Origin: Anaerolineae bacterium
Lineage (GTDB): Bacteria > Chloroflexota > Anaerolineae > B4-G1 > SLSP01
NCBI GenBank assembly: GCA_016926915.1
Contig: JAFGNR010000040.1
Coordinates: forward strand, 230-64,229
Length of the DNA: 64,000 bases
Direction of reading: 5' to 3'
This document shows positions 49,457 through 59,976 of the stretch, piece by piece (position 1 is the stretch's first letter; each line of letters opens with the position of its first letter). The notes below the pieces were generated by a model. It saw nothing but the letters and a program-made list of their open reading frames with translations. It had not been told where the DNA came from and searched no databases. Made by a program: the position numbers and the translations under genes.

Positions 49457-50854
49457 TCAGAAAGCGAGGCCGGGAGCCTGCTTCCGTAGATGAATCGGAT
49501 ACCGGCTTCGCAGCCGCCCGCCGCTCCGTTTACCCCAACCCAGAGGGAATCCATCCACGGTTACCAGAACGAATCCCGGCGGTCCGGCATCCTGCCAGAA
49601 CCCACCCCGCACAAACTGGATCAGACGGCGGTCCTCCGGCTCCAAATCGACGCGCGCCTGCACCTGCTCCGGAGCAAGCGCCATCGCTAGAGCGTGATCG
49701 GGATTCACTTTCCCGTGACGTTGTGAAGCAACCCACCAACCGGGACGTAAGATACGCAACCCTTCCAGCAGCTTGGGATCGACCGGACAGATGTAGAGTT
49801 GATCATCCTTGTTGAGGAAAAGACCTTCCTCCGGCGGCGCGCCTACCAACACGGTTCCGAGCGTCTCGCGGTACAGGTTCAACACGCGTCCCGGCGTTGC
49901 CGTACCGGCCCACAGACCGGGTAAATCCGTGGCCTCCCCGCGCCGTCGCAGAAGTGCATAGAAGTGGCCATGCCCCGGACCGGTGTGCGGCCAAAAACGT
50001 CCTGTACGGCGTAGGAGAGCCGGAGCTCCCACCCATTCCGGATGCCCAGGATGAAGCCCGGCGATGTCAGGCAAGGGGGAGAGTTCGAAATCAGGGTGCT
50101 GTTCCAGGAATCCGGCGATGACGCCTTCGTTTTCTTCCGGCGCAAACGTGCAGGTGCCGTAGAGCAGTCTCCCACCCAGACGCACCAGGGGTGCAGTCTG
50201 GTACAAGATATTGGATTGCCGTCTGGCATTGCCGGCGATAGTCGCCAGGCTCCAATCGCGAATGGCCTGGGAATCCCGCGAGAACGTTCCCTCGCCGGAG
50301 CAGGGAGCGTCGACCAGCACGGCATCGAACAGGCCGGGCCAACGCCCGGCCAGCCGCTCGGGCATCTCATTGGTGACCACAGCATTGGCGACCCCCATGC
50401 GCTCCAGGTTCATCGCCAGAATAGGAACGCGGTGCCGCATGATCTCATTGGCGACTAACACCCCCTGCCCCTGCATGCGTGCGCCAATGTGAGTGGCCTT
50501 GCTACCCGGAGCAGCGGCCAGATCAAGGATCCACTCGCCCGGACGGGGATCCAACAACACGGCGGCCGCCATGGCGCTAGGATCCTGCATATAATAGACG
50601 CCCGCCAGGTGGTAGGGATGCCCTCCGGCCGGCGCCTCCTCTTGTAGCCACAACCCTTCCGGACACCAGGGAACCGGCGCCGTCTGCCAGGGAATGCGCG
50701 ATGCGAGGGCATCCAACGCCCCCCGTCTGGAATTGAGTCTCAGCCCAATATCACGTTTCGCCAGAGCCGTGAAAAACTCAGGAGCTTGCGGCCCTAACCA
50801 TTCCGACATCCGTGAGATAAAACCAACCGGCCAGTGAGAGGTATGCGTATCCAT
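49457..50854 (-). CDS. RsmF/NOL1/NOP2-family RNA m5C methyltransferase
   Basis: QDPSAM, LDLAAAPGSK, VDAPCSGEG, TCTFAPEENE, C-terminal PUA-like domains. Confidence 0.92.
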   Translation of the reverse strand: MDTHTSHWPVGFISRMSEWLGPQAPEFFTALAKRDIGLRLNSRRGALDALASRIPWQTAPVPWCPEGLWLQEEAPAGGHPYHLAGVYYMQDPSAMAAAVLLDPRPGEWILDLAAAPGSKATHIGARMQGQGVLVANEIMRHRVPILAMNLERMGVANAVVTNEMPERLAGRWPGLFDAVLVDAPCSGEGTFSRDSQAIRDWSLATIAGNARRQSNILYQTAPLVRLGGRLLYGTCTFAPEENEGVIAGFLEQHPDFELSPLPDIAGLHPGHPEWVGAPALLRRTGRFWPHTGPGHGHFYALLRRRGEATDLPGLWAGTATPGRVLNLYRETLGTVLVGAPPEEGLFLNKDDQLYICPVDPKLLEGLRILRPGWWVASQRHGKVNPDHALAMALAPEQVQARVDLEPEDRRLIQFVRGGFWQDAGPPGFVLVTVDGFPLGWGKRSGGRLRSRYPIHLRKQAPGLAF

Positions 50855-50930
50855 ACGCAAAGTTTAGCACGGTGCGGGAAAAATGAGAAAGCGCACGGCG
50901 AGGCCAGCGATACGCAAAAATCGCAAAACG

Positions 50931-50964
50931 ACACGTGCTGCGTTTCCCCATGCGCAGCACGTGT
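50931..50964 (-). terminator. Hairpin after the ABC operon
   Basis: ACACGTGCTGCG/CGCAGCACGTGT 12-bp stem, T-rich tail on - strand. Confidence 0.6.
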
Positions 50965-50993
50965 TCGAAGACCAAAACCGGGCAGAACCCGAA

Positions 50994-52241
50994 CTATTCC
51001 TTCTCGTAGGGCGCCCCATCCGCAGCCGGAGGACGCGATTGTCCCACAACCCCCGCCAGCACGATCATGGTAACCAGATAAGGAGCCATCAGCAGGAATT
51101 GTGAGGGTATCGGGACCTGTAGAATCGCCAGTTTGGTCTGCAGCGAATCTGCAAAACCAAAAATCAGCGAGGAACCGAAGGCCCCGATGGGATTCCAATT
51201 GCCGAAAATCATCGCCGCCATACCGATATATCCCTTGCCGGCGCTCATCAATTCATCGAAACGAGCCACAGAACTGAGAACCAGATAGGCCCCGCTCAGC
51301 CCCGCGACCATGCCGCCGATGATGACATTGATATAGCGTGTCCGGAAAACCTTGATGCCCAACGTATCCGCCGCCCGGGGATGCTCGCCTACAGCGCGCG
51401 TCCGCAATCCCCAACGCGTCTGATAGAGCATGAATTGGATGGCAAACACGAGGAAGAAAGCGAGATAGACCACAAAGGTATGGTTGAAGAATGCAGGTCC
51501 AACGACCGGAATCCTGCCGAGCAGCGGGATTTGTAGCGGCCGGAAAGTCGGCGGCGTGTTCAAGGCCGCATTGGTCTGCAAATAGCGAGAGCTGAAGTAG
51601 CTGGTGAGGCCGGTCGCAAGAATCGTAATGGCGGTCCCGGCCACAATCTGATCCACTTTGTAGTTGATCGCCAGCACAGCCAGCAAGGCAGCCATCAGGC
51701 CGCCCCCGGCCAGAGCGGCAAGCAATCCCCACCACTGACTGCCCGTCACACTTCCGATCAGAGCTGATAGGAAAGCGCCGGCAAGCATCATCCCCTCGAT
51801 GCCGATGTTGACCACGCCGCTGCGCTCGCACATCACGCCGCTCAACGCCGCCAGGAGAATGGGCATCGAGCGCAACAGAGTCGATTCCAACATACCGGTG
51901 AGGTTCATCGACTTATCGCGGGCTGCCCACGCGAGAAACGCGAGCACAAACAGCCCTGCGACCACGCCCAGGATCAGATTTTGATTGGGAAACCCTTTCG
52001 CCAGTTGCCACGCCCCCAGGAACACGATGACCACGACCAACACGTAGAGGCCCATTTGGGTGCTGAAGATCAAATCGGGTAAAGCCAGCGCTTCCACCTT
52101 GGTAGCCGTAAAGGTGAAGGTTGTTTGCTGTTCACCGGTCGTACCAGGCAGAAAGAGCAGCAATACTGCCAGAGCAAAAACCAGGAAAATGATCCCCATG
52201 GTGCGCGCTTTGCGCTTTTCTTGATTGAGAATAGTATCCAT
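50994..52241 (-). CDS. BMP-type (nucleoside/sugar) ABC transporter permease
   Basis: ERSGVVNIGIEGMM, GLRTRAVGEHP.AADT.G, GKGY.G.AAMIFG.W. Confidence 0.9.
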   Translation of the reverse strand: MDTILNQEKRKARTMGIIFLVFALAVLLLFLPGTTGEQQTTFTFTATKVEALALPDLIFSTQMGLYVLVVVIVFLGAWQLAKGFPNQNLILGVVAGLFVLAFLAWAARDKSMNLTGMLESTLLRSMPILLAALSGVMCERSGVVNIGIEGMMLAGAFLSALIGSVTGSQWWGLLAALAGGGLMAALLAVLAINYKVDQIVAGTAITILATGLTSYFSSRYLQTNAALNTPPTFRPLQIPLLGRIPVVGPAFFNHTFVVYLAFFLVFAIQFMLYQTRWGLRTRAVGEHPRAADTLGIKVFRTRYINVIIGGMVAGLSGAYLVLSSVARFDELMSAGKGYIGMAAMIFGNWNPIGAFGSSLIFGFADSLQTKLAILQVPIPSQFLLMAPYLVTMIVLAGVVGQSRPPAADGAPYEKE

Positions 52242-52255
52242 TTTGCATCATCCTC

Positions 52256-53443
52256 CTACATCTGGCCCCAGCCCCGGGTTAACACCAGTTCCTCACCCTG
52301 CTCCAGGCCGCGAATCCGGTAGATGGCCCGGACGATTGCCGGCGCGGCGATGAAGACGATGATCAAGCCCTGGAGAATCGAAGTGATATCGATGGGAATC
52401 TGCGCGATCCCCTGCATGTTAGAAGCCCCCGACCGCAAGGCGCCAAAGAGCAACGATGCCAATACCACTCCCAAGGGATGACTGTTTCCCAACAGCGCCA
52501 ACGCAATCGCATCGAAGCCGTAGCCGGAAGAGAAGGCATTGGGCATAAAGTGGATGACCCCCAGAATGTCCATCGGAGCCGCCAGGCCGGCCAATGCGCC
52601 GCTCAACGCCATCGTGATGATGATGGTGCGAGGGACATTGATACCCGCGTAACGCGCCGCGTGGGGATTCTGCCCTACGGTGCGAATCTCATACCCCAGC
52701 GTCGTTTTGTAGAGCAGCCACCAGACGAGGACGGCGAACGCCAGGGCAATAAAGAAACCGGCATTGAAGCGGATGGTAGAATCGGACGGAAAGAACTGCG
52801 GCAAGTAGGCGGAAGGCTGCACCTCAGGACTCACCGGCCGGTAGCCAGGCCGGGCCATGGGACCGCCGACGTCCAGCATAAACTCGGCCAGACGATAGGC
52901 CACGTAGTTCATCATGATCGTGTTGATGACTTCGTGGGCGCCGGTCTTGGCCTTGAGCACACCGACGATACCGGCCCACAGCGCGCCCCCCACAGCCCCT
53001 GCCAGTAGGGCCAGAGGCAGATGGACGAACCAGGGGAGTCCGGTAAGGCTATACCCCACGTAGACTGAAGTCAGACCGCCGATGAAATACTGTCCTTCCG
53101 CGCCGATGTTGAACAAACCGCCTTGAAACCCCAAGGCGACCGCCAATCCGGCGAAGATATATGGGGTAGCGATGCGCAGCGTCTCGGTGATATGGTAGAG
53201 GTCGCCAAAGGCTCCGAAAAAGAAGGCCCCATATGCTTTCGAAATGATCCGCCAGGCCTGGACCAGGCCCGACCCGATACCACGGCCAAAAGCTGCCAAC
53301 ACCGTTTCATCGGTGACAATAATCAGCAACGCGCCGATAATCAACGCGGTGACCACGGCCAGCAGCGGCACCGCCAGACTCCGCGCGGCAGCGCTGATGC
53401 GTGAGGGGGATTTTCCCTCTGCGTTTGCTTTCTGCCTACTCAT
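52256..53443 (-). CDS. BMP-type ABC transporter permease
   Basis: GLFNIGAEGQ, HEVINTIMMNY, GYGFDAI. Confidence 0.9.
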   Translation of the reverse strand: MSRQKANAEGKSPSRISAAARSLAVPLLAVVTALIIGALLIIVTDETVLAAFGRGIGSGLVQAWRIISKAYGAFFFGAFGDLYHITETLRIATPYIFAGLAVALGFQGGLFNIGAEGQYFIGGLTSVYVGYSLTGLPWFVHLPLALLAGAVGGALWAGIVGVLKAKTGAHEVINTIMMNYVAYRLAEFMLDVGGPMARPGYRPVSPEVQPSAYLPQFFPSDSTIRFNAGFFIALAFAVLVWWLLYKTTLGYEIRTVGQNPHAARYAGINVPRTIIITMALSGALAGLAAPMDILGVIHFMPNAFSSGYGFDAIALALLGNSHPLGVVLASLLFGALRSGASNMQGIAQIPIDITSILQGLIIVFIAAPAIVRAIYRIRGLEQGEELVLTRGWGQM

Positions 53444-54969
53444 GCCGCCTCCTGTGTTCCCGGGTGTACCCCGGCCATCAACAGACCGATCTCTTCCTTC
53501 GTCGCTTCATCCGCCAGCACAACGCCCATGATCTCGCCATCAAACATCACGAGGATCCGGTCGGCCAGGGACAGCACCTCATCCAATTCTGCGGAAACCA
53601 CGATGACAGCCGCGCCTTCATCACGTTTGCGGACCAACTGCGAGTGGATGTACTCGATGGAGCCCACATCCAGGCCCCGGGTGGGTTGCGACGCGATGAC
53701 GAGTTTCACATCCCGGCTGAGCTCGCGGGCCACGATGACTTTTTGTTGATTGCCGCCCGATAGATTCCCCGCCGGCGTGAAGATACCCGGCGTGCGCACA
53801 TCATACTCTTTGACCAACCGCTCCGCCCGTTCCGCGATGACTTCTTCCTGCATCACAAGCCCCTTGGCAACCGGGGGCAGATAATAAGTGTTGAGCACCA
53901 GGTTATCGGAGATGGGGTATCCCAACACCAGACCATCCTTCTGGCGATCTTCCGGGATATGGGCGCTTCCTACCTCAGTGATCGTTCGGGGGGTATGATT
54001 GGTGATATCCTGACCTGCCAGGGTTACCGTACCGGTCATCACGGGCCGCAGCCCGGTGAGCGCCTCGATCAGCTCGGTCTGACCATTCCCCTGCACACCG
54101 GCGACGCCGACAATCTCTCCGGCGCAGGCCTCGAAACTGATGCCGTCGACAGCAATCTCACCCCGGTCTCCTCTCACGCGCAGCTCCTTGACCGCAAGAA
54201 TGACCTCTTGGGGGTGGGCGGGCTCTTTGGACACCGTGAGAATCACTTCACGCCCCACCATGAGCGAGGCCAGATCGCGCTCGGTAGCCGTTGCCGGATC
54301 AGCGGCGCCCACCAGCTTCCCGCGACGCAGGACTGCAATGGTGTCGGCAAGCGCCAACACTTCCTTGAGCTTGTGTGAGATGAAGATCACGGATTTCCCC
54401 TGCGCAACCAGGGTACGCACAACCGCGAAGAATCCTTCGACTTCCTGCGGCGTCAAGACGGCAGTTGGCTCATCCAGGATCAAGATGTCAGCATTACGAT
54501 AGAGTAGTTTGATAATTTCGACACGTTGCTGAATGCCGACGGGCAAATCCCCAACCAGATCATCGGGGTTCACATCAAGTCCGTAGCGTGCGGAAAGATC
54601 GCGGATACGTTTCGCGGCGGCCTCGCGATCCAGGAGTATCCCATGTTTGATGGACTCCATTCCCAACATCACATTCTCTGTCACCGTGAGCACCGGCACC
54701 AGCATGAAGTGCTGGTGTACCATACCAATCCCTAGACGAATAGCGTCGTTAGGTCCCGCGATGTCGACCCGTTCGCCACGGATGGCTATCTCGCCCTCAT
54801 CGGGTGTGTACAGGCCATAGAGCACGTTCATCAGCGTGCTCTTGCCGGCGCCGCTTTCCCCCAGGAGCGCCAGCACAGTACCCTCGTGCAATGTGAGATC
54901 GATATGATCGTTGGCCAGCACGCCGGGGAAACGCTTGGTAATGCCTTTGAGTTCCAAAACTGGGGGCAT
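53440..54969 (-). CDS. ABC transporter ATP-binding protein (tandem NBD, CUT2-like)
   Basis: GESGAGKSTL, DEPTAVLTP, LSGGNQQK, PTRGLD. Confidence 0.93.
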   Translation of the reverse strand: MPPVLELKGITKRFPGVLANDHIDLTLHEGTVLALLGESGAGKSTLMNVLYGLYTPDEGEIAIRGERVDIAGPNDAIRLGIGMVHQHFMLVPVLTVTENVMLGMESIKHGILLDREAAAKRIRDLSARYGLDVNPDDLVGDLPVGIQQRVEIIKLLYRNADILILDEPTAVLTPQEVEGFFAVVRTLVAQGKSVIFISHKLKEVLALADTIAVLRRGKLVGAADPATATERDLASLMVGREVILTVSKEPAHPQEVILAVKELRVRGDRGEIAVDGISFEACAGEIVGVAGVQGNGQTELIEALTGLRPVMTGTVTLAGQDITNHTPRTITEVGSAHIPEDRQKDGLVLGYPISDNLVLNTYYLPPVAKGLVMQEEVIAERAERLVKEYDVRTPGIFTPAGNLSGGNQQKVIVARELSRDVKLVIASQPTRGLDVGSIEYIHSQLVRKRDEGAAVIVVSAELDEVLSLADRILVMFDGEIMGVVLADEATKEEIGLLMAGVHPGTQEAA

Positions 54970-55096
54970 AGTTCCTCCTCGGAATGCCTCTCGCATCATC
55001 AGCGTAAACCATATAGCAAAAACGCAAAACGCGGGGGGGGGGGAGGACGATCGGAACACCCAAACGTTTTACGTTTGCGCCACACGGATGAAAAGT

Positions 55097-55131
55097 GAGG
55101 AGGCGAGAGCTTCACGGCCCATCGCCTCCTC
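55097..55131 (-). terminator. Intercistronic hairpin after the binding-protein gene
   Basis: GAGGAGGCGA/TCGCCTCCTC 10-bp stem. Confidence 0.55.
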
Positions 55132-55148
55132 TTGCTTACACCAGTCTA

Positions 55149-56213
55149 TTACTCCAAACCCGCCAGATAGGTATCCCATCCGGTGTCGATTTCGCCCGCG
55201 ATAATCGACGCCTTGATAGTCTCCAGATCCTTGAGCACTGCATCCGCGACCGCGCCGGAAGCCACAGGGGCAATCCCGACGCCATCATTCTCCAGGGTGC
55301 CGACGTAGTTCTCGCCGCCGAACCCCGCAAAATTCGGGTCGATGACCTGCTTGATCGTGTCGAAGACTGCGACATCCATGTTCTTCAACACGCTGGTGAG
55401 CACCACATCCTTGTACTGGGAAGCACTCACCGTCCAATCGGTATCGACGCCGATGATCCAGGCATTACCGGCTTCCTGCACAGCCTGCGCCGAACCAAGC
55501 CCCACCGGGCCGGCCACCGGCATGACGACGTCCGCGCCCTCGGCCATGAACTCCTCGGCCACCCGGCGTCCATCATCCGTCGATTCGAAGTTGCCCACGA
55601 ACACGCCATTGTTCTCGGCCGTATTCCAACCCAGCACCTCGACACTCGCGCCGTTCTGGGCGTTGTAGTAATCGACGCCAGCCTCGAAGCCAACCATGAA
55701 AATGGCCACCGTGGGGATGTTGATCCCACCGAACGTCGCCACCTTCCCGGTCTTCGTTGCAGCTGCGGCCACGTAGCCGGCCATGAACCCGGCCTGGTCC
55801 GTGGAGAAGGTCAAGCCGCGCACGTTGTCGCCCAGGGAGCCGAAGTCCACAATGGCAAAGTTGACGTCGGGATTCTCCGCCGCCATCGCCGCCGTGTCAT
55901 CCGCCAGCAGGAAACCTACCGTCACGATCAGGTCGGTGTCTTGTTTGATGTATTGCGTAATATTCGTGGCGTAGTCGGTTTGCTGTTGGGACTCCAGATA
56001 CGACCCCGAGACGTTAAGCTCTTCGATGGCGAGCTCCACGCCCTTCCACGCCGTGGCATTGAAGGACTTGTCGTCGATCCCGCCCATGTCGGTAACCATG
56101 CCGACGGAAGCGACGGTCTCTTCACCGCCTGTATCCCCGGCGTCCCCGCAACCGGTGAACATCACACTGACAACTAATAACAGACTTACCAGCATCCATA
56201 GATTCTTGCGCAT
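55149..56213 (-). CDS. BMP family ABC substrate-binding lipoprotein (purine nucleoside-like)
   Basis: Lipobox FTGC, GGIDDKSFN..AW.G, IGVDTD, LTSVLKN. Confidence 0.9.
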   Translation of the reverse strand: MRKNLWMLVSLLLVVSVMFTGCGDAGDTGGEETVASVGMVTDMGGIDDKSFNATAWKGVELAIEELNVSGSYLESQQQTDYATNITQYIKQDTDLIVTVGFLLADDTAAMAAENPDVNFAIVDFGSLGDNVRGLTFSTDQAGFMAGYVAAAATKTGKVATFGGINIPTVAIFMVGFEAGVDYYNAQNGASVEVLGWNTAENNGVFVGNFESTDDGRRVAEEFMAEGADVVMPVAGPVGLGSAQAVQEAGNAWIIGVDTDWTVSASQYKDVVLTSVLKNMDVAVFDTIKQVIDPNFAGFGGENYVGTLENDGVGIAPVASGAVADAVLKDLETIKASIIAGEIDTGWDTYLAGLE

Positions 56214-56433
56214 GAAACTCCTCCTTAAAGGTACCAACAGGTGATTAACAGCAGCTTGCTCGCACCGATCCTGCGGGTCCCCCCTATTGAAAGGGTCGTT
56301 GGCCCCACACGATCAAGGTAAACCACATCACAAGCTACCTTACTACGATTATACCCCAGACTCACATCAAAGAAAAGGCGCAATCACTCCACCAACCGCG
56401 AAGATTTGTCACCTTTCGGGCCGTATAGTCGCG

Positions 56434-58863
56434 TTATGACTTCGCAAACGTAAGCTTTTCGTCCACGAGATCAACGTTAATTTCGTCGCCGGCGCTGAAT
56501 TCGCCCTCCAAAAGACTGATACTCAACGGACTCTCGACGTAGCGCTGGATAGCACGGCGCAAGGGACGCGCGCCGAATTGGGGATCATAGCCTTGCTCTG
56601 CCAGCCAACGTTTCGCCGCCGCCGTAATCGACACCCTCAGTTCATACTCGTCGAGGCGCTCCTGCACCTCGAGCAATTGTAGAGCGACAATCTTCTCGAC
56701 ATCTGCTACCGTCAAATTGCCGAACACGATGATTTCATCGACCCGGTTGATAAATTCGGGCCGGAAACTGCGCTTGAGTTCCGAGAGCATCCGTCGGCGC
56801 GCCTCGTCCTCTTGGGCGTCGTTCCCCTTGGTGAAACCAATCGCTCCCCCCCGGCGCATATACTCTGTCCCCACGTTGGACGTCATGATGACCAGGGTAT
56901 GCCGAAAATCCACCAAATGACCTTGACCGTCGGTCAACCGGCCTTCGTCCAGAATCTGAAGCAGCGCGTTCCAGACGTCGGAATGCGCCTTCTCGATCTC
57001 ATCGAAAAGAATGACCTGGTAAGGGCGCCGGCGCACGGCTTCCGTCAGCTGCCCGCCCTGGTCATAGCCCACGTAACCGGGCGGCGCTCCAAAAAGGCGA
57101 GATACCGTGTGGCTTTCCCGGTATTCACTCATATCGACGCGAAGCAGGGCATCTTCGTTATCGAAGAGGAAAGCCGCCAGGGCTTTCGCAGTCTCCGTTT
57201 TACCTACACCAGACGATCCCAGAAACAGAAACGTGCCGATCGGCCGGCGGGGATCTTTCAAACCGGCTCGGGCGCGCCGGATGGCATCGGCAATGGCGTG
57301 AATCGCCTCATCCTGACCGATGATGCGTTCCTGGAGCGCTTCTTCCATTCGCAGCAATTTCTTCGCCTCGGTCTCCATGACCTGGGCTACCGGGATTCCG
57401 GTCCACGCAGAGACCACGGCGGCAATATCTTTGGCTTCCACGATCTCATCCAACTGATGCGTGTTCAACCACTCGTCTCGTTTTTTATTGAAGACCTGCT
57501 CCAGCCGCATCCGCTGCGTCTTGATTTCGGCAGCGCGTTCGTAATCCCGGTTCGCGCCGGCCGACTCTTCCTCGGCTCGCAGGCGGTGGAGTTCTTCTTC
57601 CATACGTTTGAGATCTGGCGGCAGTGTATAGAGCGTCACGCGCAGTTTTGCCGCAGCCTCATCCATCAAATCGATGGCCTTGTCGGGCAAATGCCGGTCC
57701 GTCACGTAACGGTGCGCCAACTGCGCCGCAGCAACCAGGGCCTCCACACTGATGCGCACCTTGTGATGCGCCTCATAACGAGGTAACAAGCCCTTGAGCA
57801 TCTCGATCGTATCTTCGACCGAAGGCTCATCGACGAAAACCGGAGCAAAACGCCGCTCCAGCGCGCCGTCGCGTTCGATGTACTGGCGGTACTCGTCCAG
57901 CGTAGTCGCGCCCACACATTGCAACTCTCCACGAGCCAGCGCTGGTTTGATCATATTGGAGGCATCCAAAGCCCCGGCAGCGTTCCCGGCCCCCACCACG
58001 GTGTGCAGCTCATCGATGAAAAGAATGATTTCCCCTTCGGAACGTTGTACTTCCTCCAGGATACCCTTCAACCGCTCCTCGAATTCACCCCGGAAGCGCG
58101 TCCCCGCCACCAGGGCCCCTAAATCCAATTGGAGCAGATGACGTCCCTTGAGAATCTCAGGGACATCATCGCGCGCAATTTTCTGCGCCAATCCTTCGAC
58201 AATGGCGGTTTTGCCAACACCCGGTTCACCGATAAGCACGGGATTGTTCTTCGTGCGCCGTACCAGAATTTGAATCACGCGCTGGATTTCTGCATCCCGC
58301 CCGATCACCGGATCGAGCTTCTGTGCGTGGGCCATCTCCGTCAAGTCACGGCTGTACTTATCCAGAACCCGGTATTGGGATTCGGCCTGGGGATGCGTGA
58401 CTCGTTGCCCGCCTCGCATGGTGTTGACCGCTTCCAGAGCGCGCTCGCGGGTCAGGTTGTTATCTTGTAACAATCGGGCTACCGGAGTATTGCGTTCCTG
58501 AAGGATAGCCAGGAACAGGTGCTCGGTGGAGATGTACTCATCCTTGAGTTTAGCTGCTTCTTCGCGCGCCTGTTCGACGACGCGATTCACCCTGGGAGTG
58601 CTGAAGACTTGTTGCCGTCCTCCGGCGCCATAGATGCCAGGCCGCACGTTGGCATGCAAAAGGGCATCCAACTGGTCGGCAAGCGCTGCCGGAGTCACCC
58701 CCATGTCCGACAACAACGTCGACACAGTGCCCTCGGGCTGGTTGATAAGCGCCAATAACAGGTGTTCGATATCCACCTGACTGTGACCGTAATGAGTCAT
58801 CAATTCGACCGCGCGCCGGGCCGCCTCTTGAGCACGCTCTGTAAAGCGATCAAAACGCATCAT
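56434..58863 (-). CDS. clpC: ATP-dependent Clp protease ATPase subunit ClpC
   Basis: Clp-N repeats, two AAA+ modules ([16 protein letters not shown]), short UVR middle domain, IGF ClpP-docking loop. Confidence 0.9.
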   Translation of the reverse strand: MMRFDRFTERAQEAARRAVELMTHYGHSQVDIEHLLLALINQPEGTVSTLLSDMGVTPAALADQLDALLHANVRPGIYGAGGRQQVFSTPRVNRVVEQAREEAAKLKDEYISTEHLFLAILQERNTPVARLLQDNNLTRERALEAVNTMRGGQRVTHPQAESQYRVLDKYSRDLTEMAHAQKLDPVIGRDAEIQRVIQILVRRTKNNPVLIGEPGVGKTAIVEGLAQKIARDDVPEILKGRHLLQLDLGALVAGTRFRGEFEERLKGILEEVQRSEGEIILFIDELHTVVGAGNAAGALDASNMIKPALARGELQCVGATTLDEYRQYIERDGALERRFAPVFVDEPSVEDTIEMLKGLLPRYEAHHKVRISVEALVAAAQLAHRYVTDRHLPDKAIDLMDEAAAKLRVTLYTLPPDLKRMEEELHRLRAEEESAGANRDYERAAEIKTQRMRLEQVFNKKRDEWLNTHQLDEIVEAKDIAAVVSAWTGIPVAQVMETEAKKLLRMEEALQERIIGQDEAIHAIADAIRRARAGLKDPRRPIGTFLFLGSSGVGKTETAKALAAFLFDNEDALLRVDMSEYRESHTVSRLFGAPPGYVGYDQGGQLTEAVRRRPYQVILFDEIEKAHSDVWNALLQILDEGRLTDGQGHLVDFRHTLVIMTSNVGTEYMRRGGAIGFTKGNDAQEDEARRRMLSELKRSFRPEFINRVDEIIVFGNLTVADVEKIVALQLLEVQERLDEYELRVSITAAAKRWLAEQGYDPQFGARPLRRAIQRYVESPLSISLLEGEFSAGDEINVDLVDEKLTFAKS

Positions 58864-58900
58864 ACTTCGACATCCTCCCTACAATTCCCAGCAGCGACCG

Positions 58901-59608
58901 TCATAACGAGATGGCGCAGAGCGCTTGCTCTGCGGCGCTCTGCTCGGCAGCCCGCTTACTCGATCCCATACCCTCGCCCACGACGCGCCCATCCAGCAGC
59001 ACTTGCGCAGTAAAACGCTTGGCGTGATCGGGTCCTTCCTCTCCGGTAATCCGGTAAGTTGGCGTTACCCCGGTTTCTGCCTGCGCCCACTCCTGAAACC
59101 GCGACTTGGCATCCACGTACGACTCGGCAGACAGAATCTTCCGCGCCTCACGATCGAACCACGGTTCCAGTCGTGGCCAAACGGCTTCCAATCCCCCATC
59201 GAGATAGAGGGCGCCCACAGTAGCCTCGAGCGCGTCGCAGAGATTGGCAGACCGTGTGCGTCCACCACTCTCTTCCTCGCCATGCCCCAAACGCAAAGCC
59301 CAGGGTAATCCCAGATCATTGGCCAGGCGTGACAACGTCGAGGTGCGCACCAATGTAGCCCGCAACCGGGTCAGAGGACCTTCGGGAAAGTCGGGATACC
59401 GGCTATAAAGCCAGGCAGCAACCAGGAAATCCAGGACCGCATCGCCCAAGAACTCCAGCCGCTGGTTGTGATGCTCCTCGCCCCCCTCATCAGGATGCTC
59501 GTGGGCATAAGATGGATGGGTCAGCGCCAAACGTAGCAGGTCTGCTCGTTCAAAAGAATACCCAAGTTGTTGTTGCACGACTGCCGATGGATCTTCTACG
59601 TCCACCAT
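58901..59608 (-). CDS. rnc: Ribonuclease III
   Basis: ALTHPS, NQRLEFLGDAVL, dsRBD KS.FQEWAQ..GPDH. Confidence 0.96.
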   Translation of the reverse strand: MVDVEDPSAVVQQQLGYSFERADLLRLALTHPSYAHEHPDEGGEEHHNQRLEFLGDAVLDFLVAAWLYSRYPDFPEGPLTRLRATLVRTSTLSRLANDLGLPWALRLGHGEEESGGRTRSANLCDALEATVGALYLDGGLEAVWPRLEPWFDREARKILSAESYVDAKSRFQEWAQAETGVTPTYRITGEEGPDHAKRFTAQVLLDGRVVGEGMGSSKRAAEQSAAEQALCAISL

Positions 59609-59911
59609 ACCTAAGCACCTCCCACAAGAGGATTGCCTTGCATTATAGCACACGCCGGCATCGTGCCCAATGTAAGGCACATCTCAAAACAGATATGACT
59701 TCCCCGAAAGAATTAACGTTTTCACCACAGAACGCGGAGGACACTATTCTTTCAAATTCCATCAAATCATCTTTAATATTTTCTTAGTGTTCTCTTTGCC
59801 TCCGCGGTTCAGAGGTTTTTTCAGGAGAGTCAGATATGATTTTGCTTGAACAGTGGCTGAGTCGAAACACTCAGATGCAAGTCTTGCTTTTCGCCTGAGA
59901 AAACAAGAAAA

Positions 59912-59938
59912 CACGTCCCGCAAAAATCGCGGGACGTG
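59912..59938 (-). terminator. Intrinsic terminator after the ECF operon
   Basis: CACGTCCCGC/GCGGGACGTG stem followed by TTTTCTTGTTTT on - strand. Confidence 0.65.
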
Positions 59939-59976
59939 AAAAGGGCGGATCTGCGCGCCTTGGAAATTCACTTACT

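Noticed and set aside
55095..56177. 360-aa antisense ORF over the BMP gene (also 4336-5262, 41002-42090, 56812-57786)
   Set aside because: Shadow ORFs arising from codon bias of the real genes on the opposite strand
56214..56400. Purine riboswitch expected upstream of the nucleoside BMP gene
   Set aside because: No purine-riboswitch junction consensus found on the - strand
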